Source: an uncultured Planctomycetales bacterium
GTDB lineage: Bacteria; Omnitrophota; Gorgyraeia; Gygaellales; Profunditerraquicolaceae
NCBI GenBank assembly: GCA_964603585.1
Contig: CAZRVK010000001.1
Span: 271,856-335,855, forward strand
DNA length: 64,000 nt
Direction of reading: 5' to 3'
The notes beneath the pieces were generated by a model. That model searched no databases, was not told the DNA's origin, and saw nothing but the letters and a program-made list of their open reading frames with translations. Positions 29,874 through 40,021 of this stretch are shown one piece after another (within the stretch, counting starts at the first letter, position 1; each line of letters begins with the position of its first letter). Made by a program: the position numbers and the translations under genes.

Positions 29874-30652
29874 CTGCCAATACTTAGGCCTTCCTTGGTC
29901 AAAACTATATTCTTAAGCGCCTGACCCTTTTTACCTAAATTGGAGATAACCTTTCCATTAACTTCCAATTCAACTGCACCGGCATTGCCTAAAGAAACAA
30001 TTTCGATCTTTTCCTTTGCCTTCCAGCTTTCAAACCTACCTTTTTGCAAGTACCCCTGAAAAAGCACCTTACCATCCGACTTCAAATGGATATAACATTT
30101 CTCCTTGGCCTTTATTCCCAGGCGAATAGTATCATTTACCGCAACTATAGGCGTTTTTGCAGGAACAGCGTTTTTTTCATCCTTTTTAAATAAAGGGACA
30201 ACCGGTTTAGAGCGTGATTCGACTTTCCCCGCAGGCCTTGGCCGGGATTGAATGAACTTTACGGTATTGACTCCAGCCCAGATCACAATAAAAACCCCTA
30301 TTGCCATAAAAACAAACTTTACCGGCAAACGCGGGACCAAACCAGATATCTTCGATGAAAACCCCTTAAAAAAAGACGTGCTGGTTCCTTCACCCTCAAT
30401 ATTCAAACTTACCTCTGGTTTGGTCTGGGCATAACCGGAAATAAAATCCTGCTCCTGGACCCCAAGGAACTTACAATAGATCTTCAGGAAACCTTTGACA
30501 TAAACCGGATTCAAATTAACCAGATTATCTTCTTCTATGGATTTGAGTATATTCAAATGGATCTTAGTTTTCTTATGTACCTCTTCCAAACTTAAACCTT
30601 TTTCCATGCGGATCTGTTTAAGCCTTTGCCCGTTACTATTAGGATTACCCAT
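29870..30652 (-). CDS. rodZ: RodZ-like cytoskeleton protein (XRE-type HTH, TM, DUF4115)
   Basis: N-terminal HTH (RLKQIRMEKGLSLEEV), a single TM segment, and a C-terminal beta domain. Confidence 0.6.
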   Translation of the reverse strand: MGNPNSNGQRLKQIRMEKGLSLEEVHKKTKIHLNILKSIEEDNLVNLNPVYVKGFLKIYCKFLGVQEQDFISGYAQTKPEVSLNIEGEGTSTSFFKGFSSKISGLVPRLPVKFVFMAIGVFIVIWAGVNTVKFIQSRPRPAGKVESRSKPVVPLFKKDEKNAVPAKTPIVAVNDTIRLGIKAKEKCYIHLKSDGKVLFQGYLQKGRFESWKAKEKIEIVSLGNAGAVELEVNGKVISNLGKKGQALKNIVLTKEGLSIGR

Positions 30653-32829
30653 TATTTTTGTCCTTCCTGCATAAGGTCTTTTTTAAGCCAGGCCTCCCGG
30701 TCAATCAGGATCCGGCGCGGCTTAGACCCCTCAAAAGCCCCAACAATACCATCAGCTTCCATCATATCGATGATACGGGCAGCACGGGTATAACCCAGGC
30801 GCAACCGCCTCTGTAAAATGGAAGCCGATGCCTGATTGGTTTCCATGACAATACGCACTGCCTCATCATAAATCTCATCTTTTTCACCGCCAAAGCCGCT
30901 TGTTTTCTGCTGTTCCTTAAGGATCTCCTCATTAAAGACAGGATTGCCTTGGGGTTTAATAAAATCCATGACCCGTTCGATCTCCCTGTCCATAACCAGC
31001 GACCCTTGGGCACGGATCAATTTTTCTACGCCCGGCTGTAAAAAAAGCATATCCCCCTTACCCAGCAATTTATCCGCGCCATTTACATCTAACACGGTGC
31101 GGGAATCAACCTTAGAAGCGACTTTAAATGAAATCCGGGATGGGAAATTAGCTTTGATCACCCCGGTAATAACATCTACGGAAGGACGCTGCGTAGCCAG
31201 GACTAAATGGATACCGACGGCGCGCGAAAGCTGGGCCAGGCGGGTGATCATGGTTTCAATTTGATCCCGGGCAACCATCATCAAATCAGCCAGCTCATCG
31301 ATAATTACGACTATATACGGCATCTTGTTCGGCTGTTTTTGATTGTAAGACTCGATGTTCCTTGAACCAACGCCCGCCAAAAGCTGATAACGGTCCTCCA
31401 TCTCGCCTACAAGCCATGTTAAAGCTACCGCGGCTTTTTTAGCATCGGTTACAACCGGGCACAACAAATGCGGCAATCCATTAAAAGGCGCCAATTCCAC
31501 CATTTTAGGGTCCACCATAACAAACTTTAGTTCACTGGGAGCGAATTTAAATAACATCGAAAGTATCAAACAATTCACACACACAGTCTTTCCCGAACCA
31601 GTTGTCCCGGCGATCAAAAGATGCGGCATATCCGAAAGATCCGCAATTACCGGATGCCCGGCAATATCTTTACCTAAAACCATGGGGATTTTATATTTTG
31701 AATCATTAAACTCTTTAGAGGTAAGTACTTCTTTAAGAAAAACTACCGTCCCCTTGGAATTAGGAACTTCTATCCCGACCCGGGCCTTCCCGGGAATTGG
31801 AGCAACGATCCTTATTGATGCCGCCTTCATCGCTAAAGCAATATCGTCCCCTAAAGCCACGATCCTGTTCAATTTTACCCCAGGAGCCGGCTCTAACTCA
31901 TACCGCGTAATTACCGGACCGCGCTCAATATCCGTCACTTTAACCGCAATGCCAAAGTCCTCCAATGTCTCCTGCAATATCTTGGCACTTCCCTCAAGAT
32001 CATCTTTTATCTGGCGTGACTCTGCCGGAGGAGGAGAATCCAACAACTCAAAAGAAGGCAGATTATAATCACCGACCTTTATTTCTTTTGGCTGGATTTT
32101 TACTCCAGGGCTATCTGTCTTGGACTTAATCTGGATTTTCGGTTTAGAAACCAAAGGCGAATCAATAGCATCCGCATCAAAATCCTTTATGGCGATCTTT
32201 GCCGGGGCAATTTTCTTTTCTATTTTCCCAAACTGCTCCTTACCGGATTTATGGGGATTTTCCGGTATCTTGAACTTAAACGATGGTGCATGAGAAAAAA
32301 TAGACCGGAATTTAAGAGAGATCTTAGAGAAAAAAGTAGAGATCAATGTTTCTGTAATCAACACAAAAGACAAAAGACTAAGGGTAATGAAAATGATATA
32401 CCCCCCAAAACGCCCAAAATAAGCGGTGACAAAACGCGAAACAAAAAACCCGATAAACCCTCCGCGGGAAAAACTGATCGCTTCATTTTCAGGGATAGAG
32501 ATACCGATGATTGCGCTGACAGAAAGGATAAAAACAAGCTGGCCCAAAAGCCTGGGGATACGCAAATCCGGTTCATCCTGCCGGAATAATTTTATCCCCA
32601 AAAAAATAATAAAGGCCGGGATAATGTACCCGGCCCAGCCAAACAAAAACAAGATCAGACCGCCTAAACCAGCCCCAAACCCTTTAATCAGGTTATGCGG
32701 AGGGTTATTTGGGTAACTGGTATAAAAAGCAAGGTCATACGGAGTAAATGAAACCAAGCTCGCCAGAACTATCAGTCCTACCGAGACTAATATAACTCCT
32801 TTGATCTCATTTAATCTTCTTTCTTTCAC
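30652..32829 (-). CDS. ftsK: DNA translocase FtsK/SpoIIIE
   Basis: N-terminal 4-TM region, linker, motor domain with Walker A (GTTGSGKT), and a gamma winged-helix C-terminus. Confidence 0.9.
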   Translation of the reverse strand: MKERRLNEIKGVILVSVGLIVLASLVSFTPYDLAFYTSYPNNPPHNLIKGFGAGLGGLILFLFGWAGYIIPAFIIFLGIKLFRQDEPDLRIPRLLGQLVFILSVSAIIGISIPENEAISFSRGGFIGFFVSRFVTAYFGRFGGYIIFITLSLLSFVLITETLISTFFSKISLKFRSIFSHAPSFKFKIPENPHKSGKEQFGKIEKKIAPAKIAIKDFDADAIDSPLVSKPKIQIKSKTDSPGVKIQPKEIKVGDYNLPSFELLDSPPPAESRQIKDDLEGSAKILQETLEDFGIAVKVTDIERGPVITRYELEPAPGVKLNRIVALGDDIALAMKAASIRIVAPIPGKARVGIEVPNSKGTVVFLKEVLTSKEFNDSKYKIPMVLGKDIAGHPVIADLSDMPHLLIAGTTGSGKTVCVNCLILSMLFKFAPSELKFVMVDPKMVELAPFNGLPHLLCPVVTDAKKAAVALTWLVGEMEDRYQLLAGVGSRNIESYNQKQPNKMPYIVVIIDELADLMMVARDQIETMITRLAQLSRAVGIHLVLATQRPSVDVITGVIKANFPSRISFKVASKVDSRTVLDVNGADKLLGKGDMLFLQPGVEKLIRAQGSLVMDREIERVMDFIKPQGNPVFNEEILKEQQKTSGFGGEKDEIYDEAVRIVMETNQASASILQRRLRLGYTRAARIIDMMEADGIVGAFEGSKPRRILIDREAWLKKDLMQEGQK

Positions 32830-32832
32830 TTT

Positions 32833-34926
32833 TTAAACGCTGCCTTCAGACTCTGCCTGTTTTTTGCTCAGATTAATCCGGCCTAACTCATCTATACCAA
32901 TGACCTTGACTTTGATCTCATCACCGATCTTTACCACATCATCGACTTTCTTAACGAAAGTACTCGACAACTCTGAAACATGAACCAAACCCTCTTTACG
33001 GGGAGCGATCTCACAAAAAGCGCCAAAGGCCATAATACGTTTGACCTTAGCGTTATAAATCCTGCCTACCTCGACATCCTCAGCGATAGCCTTGATCATC
33101 CGGATAGCATCCGCGGATTTTGCGGCATCAGTAGAGCCGACCAAAACCTGGCCGTCATCCTGAATATCAATACTGGCACCGGTTGCGGCAATAATCGCTT
33201 TGATGGTCTTGCCTCCCGGGCCGATCAACTCCCCGATCTTCTCCGGATTAACTTTGATCACATCAATACGCGGGGCATATATCGACATCTCTGTCCGGGG
33301 ATTGGCAAGGACCGCGGTCATCTTATCCAAAATAAATAACCGCGCTTCTTTAGCCTGGAAAATACAGGTTTTAAGCAGGTCCAGGCTGATACCTGAAATC
33401 TTAAGATCCAGTTGCACAGCAGTAATTCCGTCTTTGCTTCCGGCAACTTTAAAATCCATATCGCCGAAATGATCTTCCAATCCGGCAATATCAGTTAAAA
33501 TCGCCGTTTTATCCCCGTCTTTTACTAAGCCTAAAGCAATTCCGCTTACCGTATTCTTGATCGGTACCCCGGCATCCATTAACGCCAATGTTCCGGCACA
33601 AACCGTAGCCATACTCGATGAACCGTTAGATTCAAGGATTTCGGAAACTAATCTTACTGTATAAGGGAATTTATCTTTAGAAGGCATTACTGCTAAAAGG
33701 GCCTTTTCTGCCAAAGCGCCATGCCCGATCTCCCGGCGTCCAGGACCGCGTACCGGGCCAGTCTCTCCCACGCTAAAAGGCGGGAATGTATAATGCAGCA
33801 TAAACGATTTGGATTTTTCTCCCTCCAAAGCCTCCACAAGCTGTTCATCTTCGCCAGTACCCAAAGTCGTAACCGCCAAACTTTGGGTCTGCCCGCGGGT
33901 AAACAAACTTGAACCATGGGTTCTGGGTAAAATAGCGACTTCACAACTGATCGGCCGGATATCCTTAAACCCCCTGCCGTCAACACGAACATTTTCATGC
34001 AGGATCTTGCTTCTTACTTGCATCTTCTCTACATTATGAATAGCCTCTTTGACATCCGCAGAAGAAAAACCTTCCTGGGTAAGCATCGCATCCAGCTCTT
34101 TTGACAAAAGGTCAACCGCTTCTTCCCGGGCTTCTTTTTTGCCTAATTTATATACCTCTTTTAATTTATCTTTAGCCAAACCATCGACCTTGGATAACAA
34201 AACAGGGTCTATCGTTTTAACCTCTAATTTGGCTTTAGCCTTGCCATATTTCTTAACGAACTCTTTTTGCAATTCAATAATGCACTGTAAACTATCGAAA
34301 CCGAATTTAACAGCTTCTAAATAAACATCTTCAGAAACCTCATTAGCTTTGGATTCAAGCATCACTACACCAGTAGTATTGGCCGCAACGATTACTTCCA
34401 AATCCGCTTTCTCCAACTCCGCATAAGTAGGATTAAGGACAAACTGGTTATTAAGCCTTGCTACCCGGCAGCACCCCAAAGGGCCGTCAAAAGGTATATC
34501 GGAAATTGATAACGCCGCTGATGCTCCGCACAAAGCAAGAATATCCGGGTCATTTTCTCCGTCACTGGATAAAACAATAGCCATGACCTGAACTTCATTT
34601 CGGACTCCTTCAGGGAAAAGCGGACGGATAGGCCGGTCAATTAATCTTGAAGTCAGGATTTCACTCTCTGAAGGCCTGCCTTCTCTTTTAAAAAACCCTC
34701 CGGGAATCCTTCCTGCAGCATAAGTCTTTTCCTGATACTCTACAGTAAGTGGAAAAAAATCCCGGCCCTCTTTTATATCCTTGGACATACAAGCAGTAAC
34801 TAAAACCACTGTCCCGCCATATTGAACGGTAACCGAACCATTCGCCTGTTTAGCGATATGCCCCGTGCCTAAAACCAGATCATGCTTTCCAAATTTGATC
34901 CTTAATGACTCTTCTTGCATTATCAT
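32833..34926 (-). CDS. pnp: Polyribonucleotide nucleotidyltransferase (PNPase)
   Basis: 697 aa with two RNase PH domains, KH and S1 domains. Confidence 0.95.
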   Translation of the reverse strand: MIMQEESLRIKFGKHDLVLGTGHIAKQANGSVTVQYGGTVVLVTACMSKDIKEGRDFFPLTVEYQEKTYAAGRIPGGFFKREGRPSESEILTSRLIDRPIRPLFPEGVRNEVQVMAIVLSSDGENDPDILALCGASAALSISDIPFDGPLGCCRVARLNNQFVLNPTYAELEKADLEVIVAANTTGVVMLESKANEVSEDVYLEAVKFGFDSLQCIIELQKEFVKKYGKAKAKLEVKTIDPVLLSKVDGLAKDKLKEVYKLGKKEAREEAVDLLSKELDAMLTQEGFSSADVKEAIHNVEKMQVRSKILHENVRVDGRGFKDIRPISCEVAILPRTHGSSLFTRGQTQSLAVTTLGTGEDEQLVEALEGEKSKSFMLHYTFPPFSVGETGPVRGPGRREIGHGALAEKALLAVMPSKDKFPYTVRLVSEILESNGSSSMATVCAGTLALMDAGVPIKNTVSGIALGLVKDGDKTAILTDIAGLEDHFGDMDFKVAGSKDGITAVQLDLKISGISLDLLKTCIFQAKEARLFILDKMTAVLANPRTEMSIYAPRIDVIKVNPEKIGELIGPGGKTIKAIIAATGASIDIQDDGQVLVGSTDAAKSADAIRMIKAIAEDVEVGRIYNAKVKRIMAFGAFCEIAPRKEGLVHVSELSSTFVKKVDDVVKIGDEIKVKVIGIDELGRINLSKKQAESEGSV

Positions 34927-34999
34927 TCACCTTTCTACAAATAAATAATATAGAACGCCTTATCCAAATCCAAATAAAATTCAGACAAAGGCATCCCGA

Positions 35000-35278
35000 C
35001 TACTTTCTTAGCGAGAGTTTGCCTAAGATTTCCTCGTATTTTTTAATATCTTTTTTCTTGAGATAATTCAAAAGCCTGCGGCGCTTGCCTACTATCGCCA
35101 AAAGGCCCTTGCGGGAATGATGGTCTTTCTTGTGCAACTTAAAGTGTTCACTCAAGATATTAAGCCGCTCTGTAAGAAGCGCTATTTGCACTTCTGCAGA
35201 CCCGGTGTCCTTAGTATGGACTTTGTAACTTTCGATTATTTTCACTTTCTTATCTTTAACTAGACCCAACTTTGCCAC
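35000..35278 (-). CDS. rpsO: 30S ribosomal protein S15
   Basis: 92 aa, conserved S15 sequence ([37 protein letters not shown]). Confidence 0.95.
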   Translation of the reverse strand: MAKLGLVKDKKVKIIESYKVHTKDTGSAEVQIALLTERLNILSEHFKLHKKDHHSRKGLLAIVGKRRRLLNYLKKKDIKKYEEILGKLSLRK

Positions 35279-35491
35279 CTCCTTTACAAAATAATAGTAT
35301 ACTCTAATTCGAAATATTAGTCAACACAAGATTCCTTAAAGCTTGGCTTTTTAGATTAAGGTTTCATCCAGATAAATCGCCGGAGGGTTAAGGTAAGCAC
35401 CTGTTCATTATCCGATCATCAGAACCCGGGACTGTGGCACGATCATTCCCTCATTTTGCTAATTATAGCATATTCTTCACCAACTATGCAA

Positions 35492-36469
35492 TTAAAAATC
35501 AATTATTTTTTTATATTCAAAAAATGCCGGTTTTCGGGAGAAATCCCAGCGCAGCAAGCCCAAATAGTCCGTACCGTCATGCCAATGATCCCGGGTATCG
35601 CGGAAAAATGCCCAAAAAACCTTTTCCACATGAGGGGTTCGGATCAAGGCAGGGATAGCGTCCCTGACAAATTCCGCTTGTGCTTTCTCTGTAGGATTAC
35701 TACCCAACCACCAATTATTGGCTTTTATGCCCCGTTTTAACCCCGGGCATCCGGTTTCAGTAACCCAGATATTCTTGGCGCCATCGCCGTTTGCCTGCAT
35801 AACCCGATAGGTTGAAGAAACCATATCAACCATTCTTTTTAAATACCCCGGATGCCCTGGTGAATCGAAAATATGGATGTTGAGGATATCAAAATACCGG
35901 TTCGGACGATGTTTATAGAACTGCCTGACACTTTTACTGCCGTTGGCGAATCCGCCGTTTAAGATCTTAAATCCAGTATCTATTTCCTTTAAAGCCCGGC
36001 AGGTATCTTTTAGTAAAGAACAGTACCCGGACAAACCACCGGGATTTTCCCAATAAACCGGAGAATCCGGTTCATTCCAGACCTCCCAGTATTTAACCTG
36101 ATCTTTATAGCGTAAAGACACCCTTTGGGCATAATCAACAAACAAACTCGTATCAGGGGAAGGACAATTCCATTTGCCTTTTGGAGAAGCCCATTCGGCA
36201 GAGTAATCCAATAACCCCAGGATCTGGATATTATTCTTAAAAAGCAGGTCTACGATCTGGTCATATTTCCTAAAACTGCTTATGCCCCGTTTTGGCTCAA
36301 TATCCTGCCACAAAAAATCCAGGCGAACACAGCCGACTCCGGCATCAAGCATTAACCTGACGGCCTTTTGTAAACTTTTTTTCGAAGGATATTTATAATT
36401 ATTCCAGGAATGGTTCCAATGCAGGAACTCCAATACCCCTAAAGGATTTAAAGCCCCTGCATTAGTCAT
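35492..36469 (-). CDS. Glycoside hydrolase, GH5-like (cellulase superfamily). No signal peptide
   Basis: Acid/base motif YWEVWNEPD and nucleophile region IWVTETG. Confidence 0.65.
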   Translation of the reverse strand: MTNAGALNPLGVLEFLHWNHSWNNYKYPSKKSLQKAVRLMLDAGVGCVRLDFLWQDIEPKRGISSFRKYDQIVDLLFKNNIQILGLLDYSAEWASPKGKWNCPSPDTSLFVDYAQRVSLRYKDQVKYWEVWNEPDSPVYWENPGGLSGYCSLLKDTCRALKEIDTGFKILNGGFANGSKSVRQFYKHRPNRYFDILNIHIFDSPGHPGYLKRMVDMVSSTYRVMQANGDGAKNIWVTETGCPGLKRGIKANNWWLGSNPTEKAQAEFVRDAIPALIRTPHVEKVFWAFFRDTRDHWHDGTDYLGLLRWDFSRKPAFFEYKKIIDF

Positions 36470-37808
36470 GCGTTTTCTGTTGAATATTTATATAATCATT
36501 AAACCCCATATTCTCCCCCAACTCCTGCCTAACCACCCGGATCCGGTCAGGCGGATAAGGATGCGTCCGAAAATATGAGTATGGCTGGGGCGGCCTTCTT
36601 TTATTTATTTGATCCAATTTTTCCAGAAATGTAAGCATTCCTTTGGGGTTATACCCGGCAAGTTTGGCATAACGCGTACCCAGCTGATCAGCCAAAAGTT
36701 CATCCTCACGGCTATATCCCATCATGATATCCGTTACCGCCAGATCCGCGGCATTGCCGACATCACCGCTTTGCGGAGCCTGGGAAAGAAGTATCCTCAA
36801 TAAGGAATACCCCATCTGGGCCTGTAGTTTCTTAATGCTGTGCCTGGCAACGATATGGCCGACCTCATGGCCGATAACCCCTGCCAGTTCATCATCGTTA
36901 TCCACCTTATCGATCAGCCCTTTAAAAATATATACATACCCTCCAGGCAAAGAGACCGCATTCACCTGATCTTCATCCAGCACCCGAAAATGATAATCAA
37001 TATCCTTGCGGTCACAGACTGCCGCGATCTTCTTGCCAATATCCTCTACGCGTTTTTGCAGCAAAGGGTCTGCGGAATCCTTGTAATGCTTGACCACCTG
37101 CCGGTCGATAGATTCTCCCATCGCGATTTCCTTATCGGTGCTGTAAAAATACACCTCTTCCGACTTGGTCACTATGTTATATTCTGTGGTACATCCGGAC
37201 AACAAAAAAACAAACAGGCAACAGCTTACCGAAAATACGTTTACACCGATCTTTTTTAACATAAGATACAGCTTCCTTAAAGGCAGACCGACTACATTAT
37301 AAAAACAGCCATCGACCTTACGGATAAAAAATGCTCCGCGGCCCTGAATATCAAAACTCCCGGCTTTATCCAAAGGCGAGGTAAGGCGAAAATATTCTTT
37401 TATCTGCCGATCATTAAGCCTGTCCATATAAACTTTTGTTAATTCGTAATCCAATAAGGTTTTCTTCTTATCCAGATCAATTACCGCTATACCGGTATAA
37501 AGGCTCTGCGGTTTTCGAGAAAGCTTTTTAAGCATTTTTTGCGCCTCAAGGATATCCTTAGGCTTGCCATAGATCAATTTGTCCTGGACCACAATGGTAT
37601 CGGCTGCCACAACCAAACCATGCTTTAATCTGGCAGCTGCATACCGGGCTTTTAATAAAGCATTCCTTTTTGCCAAACCCGCATAAGACACCCCGGGAAT
37701 ATCCCTATATTCAGGCAGGCGGCTTCTAACTGCCTTAAAATTCAGACCAAATATCTTGAATAATTTCCGGCGCGCCTTAGAAGCAGTGGCTAAATATATC
37801 ATTCTCAT
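36462..37808 (-). CDS. In-frame fusion of Maf-like nucleoside triphosphate pyrophosphatase (N-terminal ~185 aa) with an M48-family zinc metallopeptidase lipoprotein (YcaL/LoiP-like, HEVGH)
   Basis: A single 448-aa ORF. The Maf signature is (Y/I)LATASKARRKL..VVGLPL. An internal Met near codon 183 is followed by a lipoprotein signal (FSVSCCLFVFLLSGC), then HEVGHIVARH. Confidence 0.7.
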   Translation of the reverse strand: MRMIYLATASKARRKLFKIFGLNFKAVRSRLPEYRDIPGVSYAGLAKRNALLKARYAAARLKHGLVVAADTIVVQDKLIYGKPKDILEAQKMLKKLSRKPQSLYTGIAVIDLDKKKTLLDYELTKVYMDRLNDRQIKEYFRLTSPLDKAGSFDIQGRGAFFIRKVDGCFYNVVGLPLRKLYLMLKKIGVNVFSVSCCLFVFLLSGCTTEYNIVTKSEEVYFYSTDKEIAMGESIDRQVVKHYKDSADPLLQKRVEDIGKKIAAVCDRKDIDYHFRVLDEDQVNAVSLPGGYVYIFKGLIDKVDNDDELAGVIGHEVGHIVARHSIKKLQAQMGYSLLRILLSQAPQSGDVGNAADLAVTDIMMGYSREDELLADQLGTRYAKLAGYNPKGMLTFLEKLDQINKRRPPQPYSYFRTHPYPPDRIRVVRQELGENMGFNDYINIQQKTHD

Positions 37809-39046
37809 CCTGAAGCACTCTCCCCAGCAAGATACCCTGTTGAAAATGCCGCTTGCAAATTAAAACCTCCGGTATCCGCATCCAGATCGATCATCTCTCC
37901 AGAGAAATACAACCCCTTTATCAGCCGGGATTCCATCGTCCGAGGATGGATTTCTTTTAAAGATATCCCACCTTGAGTAACCATTGCTTCCTTTAAAGGC
38001 CGTGGACGTAAAATCTGCAATCTAAACTTCTTAAGCAAAGATGTCATCGCTCCGCGCTCATTTTGGGTTATCTGGCCCGCCAATTTAAGCGGATCGATTT
38101 TAACATTATCTACAAACACCTCTACCAGCCTAAGAGGCAGAAAACCTTTCATGATACTCTTGACCGCCTTTTTGGGGAATAATTTGAACTCTCGTAAAAA
38201 CCGGTCATTGATCTGGTCCATGGACAAAGCAGGTTTTAAATCAATATCCAAATAAACCTTTTTATTTTGCGCAAGCCAATCCACGATCCTGCCGCTTAAC
38301 GATAAAACCAGGGGCCCGGAAACGCCAAAATCAGTAAACATAAGCTCACCGATTTCCGAAACCAGTTCTTTTTTACCGTCAAGAAAAACAAGCCGGATGT
38401 TCTTAAGCGTCAAACCTTCCAGTAATCTCGGCAAATCCCCAGATACTTCCAAAGCCACTAACCCCGCCCTGCAAGGCACAATCTGATGCCCCAGGCGCTT
38501 GGCTAAAACCAAACCATCTCCGGTTGAACCGGTCGCACCATACGACATGCCTCCGGTAGCCAAAATAACCTTATCCGCATAAAGTGTCGAGCCGTTAGAA
38601 AGCGCCACCCCTTTGATCAACCCATTATGTACTAAAACATCCTCTACCCGGCAATTATAAACAATATTTACTTTATTACGAAGCAACTCACGGATTAATA
38701 CCTCAAGTACACTGCCAGCCTTATCGGTTACCGGGAAAACCCGGTTTTGACGCTCCACCTTGACCTTAAGCCCGCGTTGTTCGAAAAAATCGATCAGTTC
38801 ACGGTTAAAGAACTTCTTAAATGCATCCCGCAGAAACTGTCCATTCCTGGAAAACCTCGATAAAAAAGATTCTAAATCACAATCATTGGTAAGATTGCAA
38901 CGCCCCTTGCCGCTTAACAAGAGCTTTCGGCCTAACGCAGAGTTCTTTTCAATAAGGGTCACATCCTGCCCAAGCTGCGCGGCTCTAACCGATGCCATTA
39001 TCCCAGCAGGACCGCCCCCGCAAACCACGATCTTATTCTTAGCCAC
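37805..39046 (-). CDS. FAD-dependent flavoprotein, HI0933/BaiN (aminoacetone-oxidase-like) family
   Basis: GTG start. Rossmann motif VVCGGGPAG, 413 aa. Confidence 0.75.
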   Translation of the reverse strand: MAKNKIVVCGGGPAGIMASVRAAQLGQDVTLIEKNSALGRKLLLSGKGRCNLTNDCDLESFLSRFSRNGQFLRDAFKKFFNRELIDFFEQRGLKVKVERQNRVFPVTDKAGSVLEVLIRELLRNKVNIVYNCRVEDVLVHNGLIKGVALSNGSTLYADKVILATGGMSYGATGSTGDGLVLAKRLGHQIVPCRAGLVALEVSGDLPRLLEGLTLKNIRLVFLDGKKELVSEIGELMFTDFGVSGPLVLSLSGRIVDWLAQNKKVYLDIDLKPALSMDQINDRFLREFKLFPKKAVKSIMKGFLPLRLVEVFVDNVKIDPLKLAGQITQNERGAMTSLLKKFRLQILRPRPLKEAMVTQGGISLKEIHPRTMESRLIKGLYFSGEMIDLDADTGGFNLQAAFSTGYLAGESASG

Positions 39047-39066
39047 AAAAAACCTTTCTATAAATC

Positions 39067-40008
39067 CTAAAGGCCAAAATCCTTTATTTTGAAAATTGAT
39101 TCCAGTTTTACCCCAACTTTAGCTAAATTATCCTCGGCTCCCTCATCCCGGTCGACAATCACTATTGCCCGGCAAACTTCAACCCCAAGTTCATCCATTA
39201 CCAACTTTGCCTCAATTAAAGCCTTGCCGGTAGTTGCAACATCATCAACCAAGACCACCCGGCTGTTCTTTTTTAACTCCGGGCCTTCCACCTGGCGCTG
39301 CATCCCATGCCCTTTAGCGGCTTTACGAACAATGAAAGTCTTGAGTGGAAGTTTATGAATATGGCTAAGACAGGCAATTGAGCCGGTAATCGGGTCAGCG
39401 CCCAAAGTCGGGCCTCCAACAGCATCGATCTCCAAGCCTTCTATAGACCGCAAAATAATACTTGCGACTAAAAATGCCCCTTCCGGAGTAAGAGTAATGA
39501 TCCGGCCATCCAGGTAATATTTACTGGTTTTACCTGAAGAAAGGCGGAAATCACCGATCTTTAAAGCATCTTTTTTCAATAAAACCATTAGCTGTTTCTT
39601 TAAAGAAACAGTTTCTTCTACAAGGGGAGAACATTTCATGTCAATCAACCTTTCTATCTCAACAAATAATTTATTCAAATCAAAAGGCTTCATAATGTAG
39701 GTATCCGCTCCTACAACCCTGCCGACGATCCTATCCACATCCGTACTTTTAGCAGTCAACATGATTACCGGGGTATCTGCAAGAGCCTTATCCTTGCGAA
39801 TCTGGCGGCACACCTCTTCCCCAAACATACCCGGCAGCATTAAATCCAGGATTATAAGGTCCGGTTTATGGCTTTTTGCCTTTTCCAACCCATCGATACC
39901 ATCATTAGCAACAATCACATCATATTCTTTTTTCTCAAGGCGAAGCATCAGTATCTTACATAAAGAAACTTCGTCATCGACAATCAATATTTTCTTTTTT
40001 GTCCCCAT
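39067..40008 (-). CDS. pyrE: Receiver domain fused to orotate phosphoribosyltransferase (REC-OPRTase)
   Basis: Start chosen at MGTKKKILIVDDE, which has a strong RBS (GGAAGGAGAGGG). The 49-codon upstream extension in the listed ORF is translation of the tandem repeats. The C-terminal half has OPRTase motifs (IGDFRLSSGKTSKYYLD; VVLVDDVATTGKAL). Confidence 0.75.
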   Translation of the reverse strand: MGTKKKILIVDDEVSLCKILMLRLEKKEYDVIVANDGIDGLEKAKSHKPDLIILDLMLPGMFGEEVCRQIRKDKALADTPVIMLTAKSTDVDRIVGRVVGADTYIMKPFDLNKLFVEIERLIDMKCSPLVEETVSLKKQLMVLLKKDALKIGDFRLSSGKTSKYYLDGRIITLTPEGAFLVASIILRSIEGLEIDAVGGPTLGADPITGSIACLSHIHKLPLKTFIVRKAAKGHGMQRQVEGPELKKNSRVVLVDDVATTGKALIEAKLVMDELGVEVCRAIVIVDRDEGAEDNLAKVGVKLESIFKIKDFGL

Positions 40009-40021
40009 CACCCTCTCCTTC

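Noticed and set aside
35279-35491. 213-bp intergenic region upstream of rpsO, inspected for a tRNA, sRNA or rpsO autoregulatory leader
   Set aside because: No cloverleaf, no conserved sRNA motif and no obvious pseudoknot could be supported by eye. It was left unannotated.
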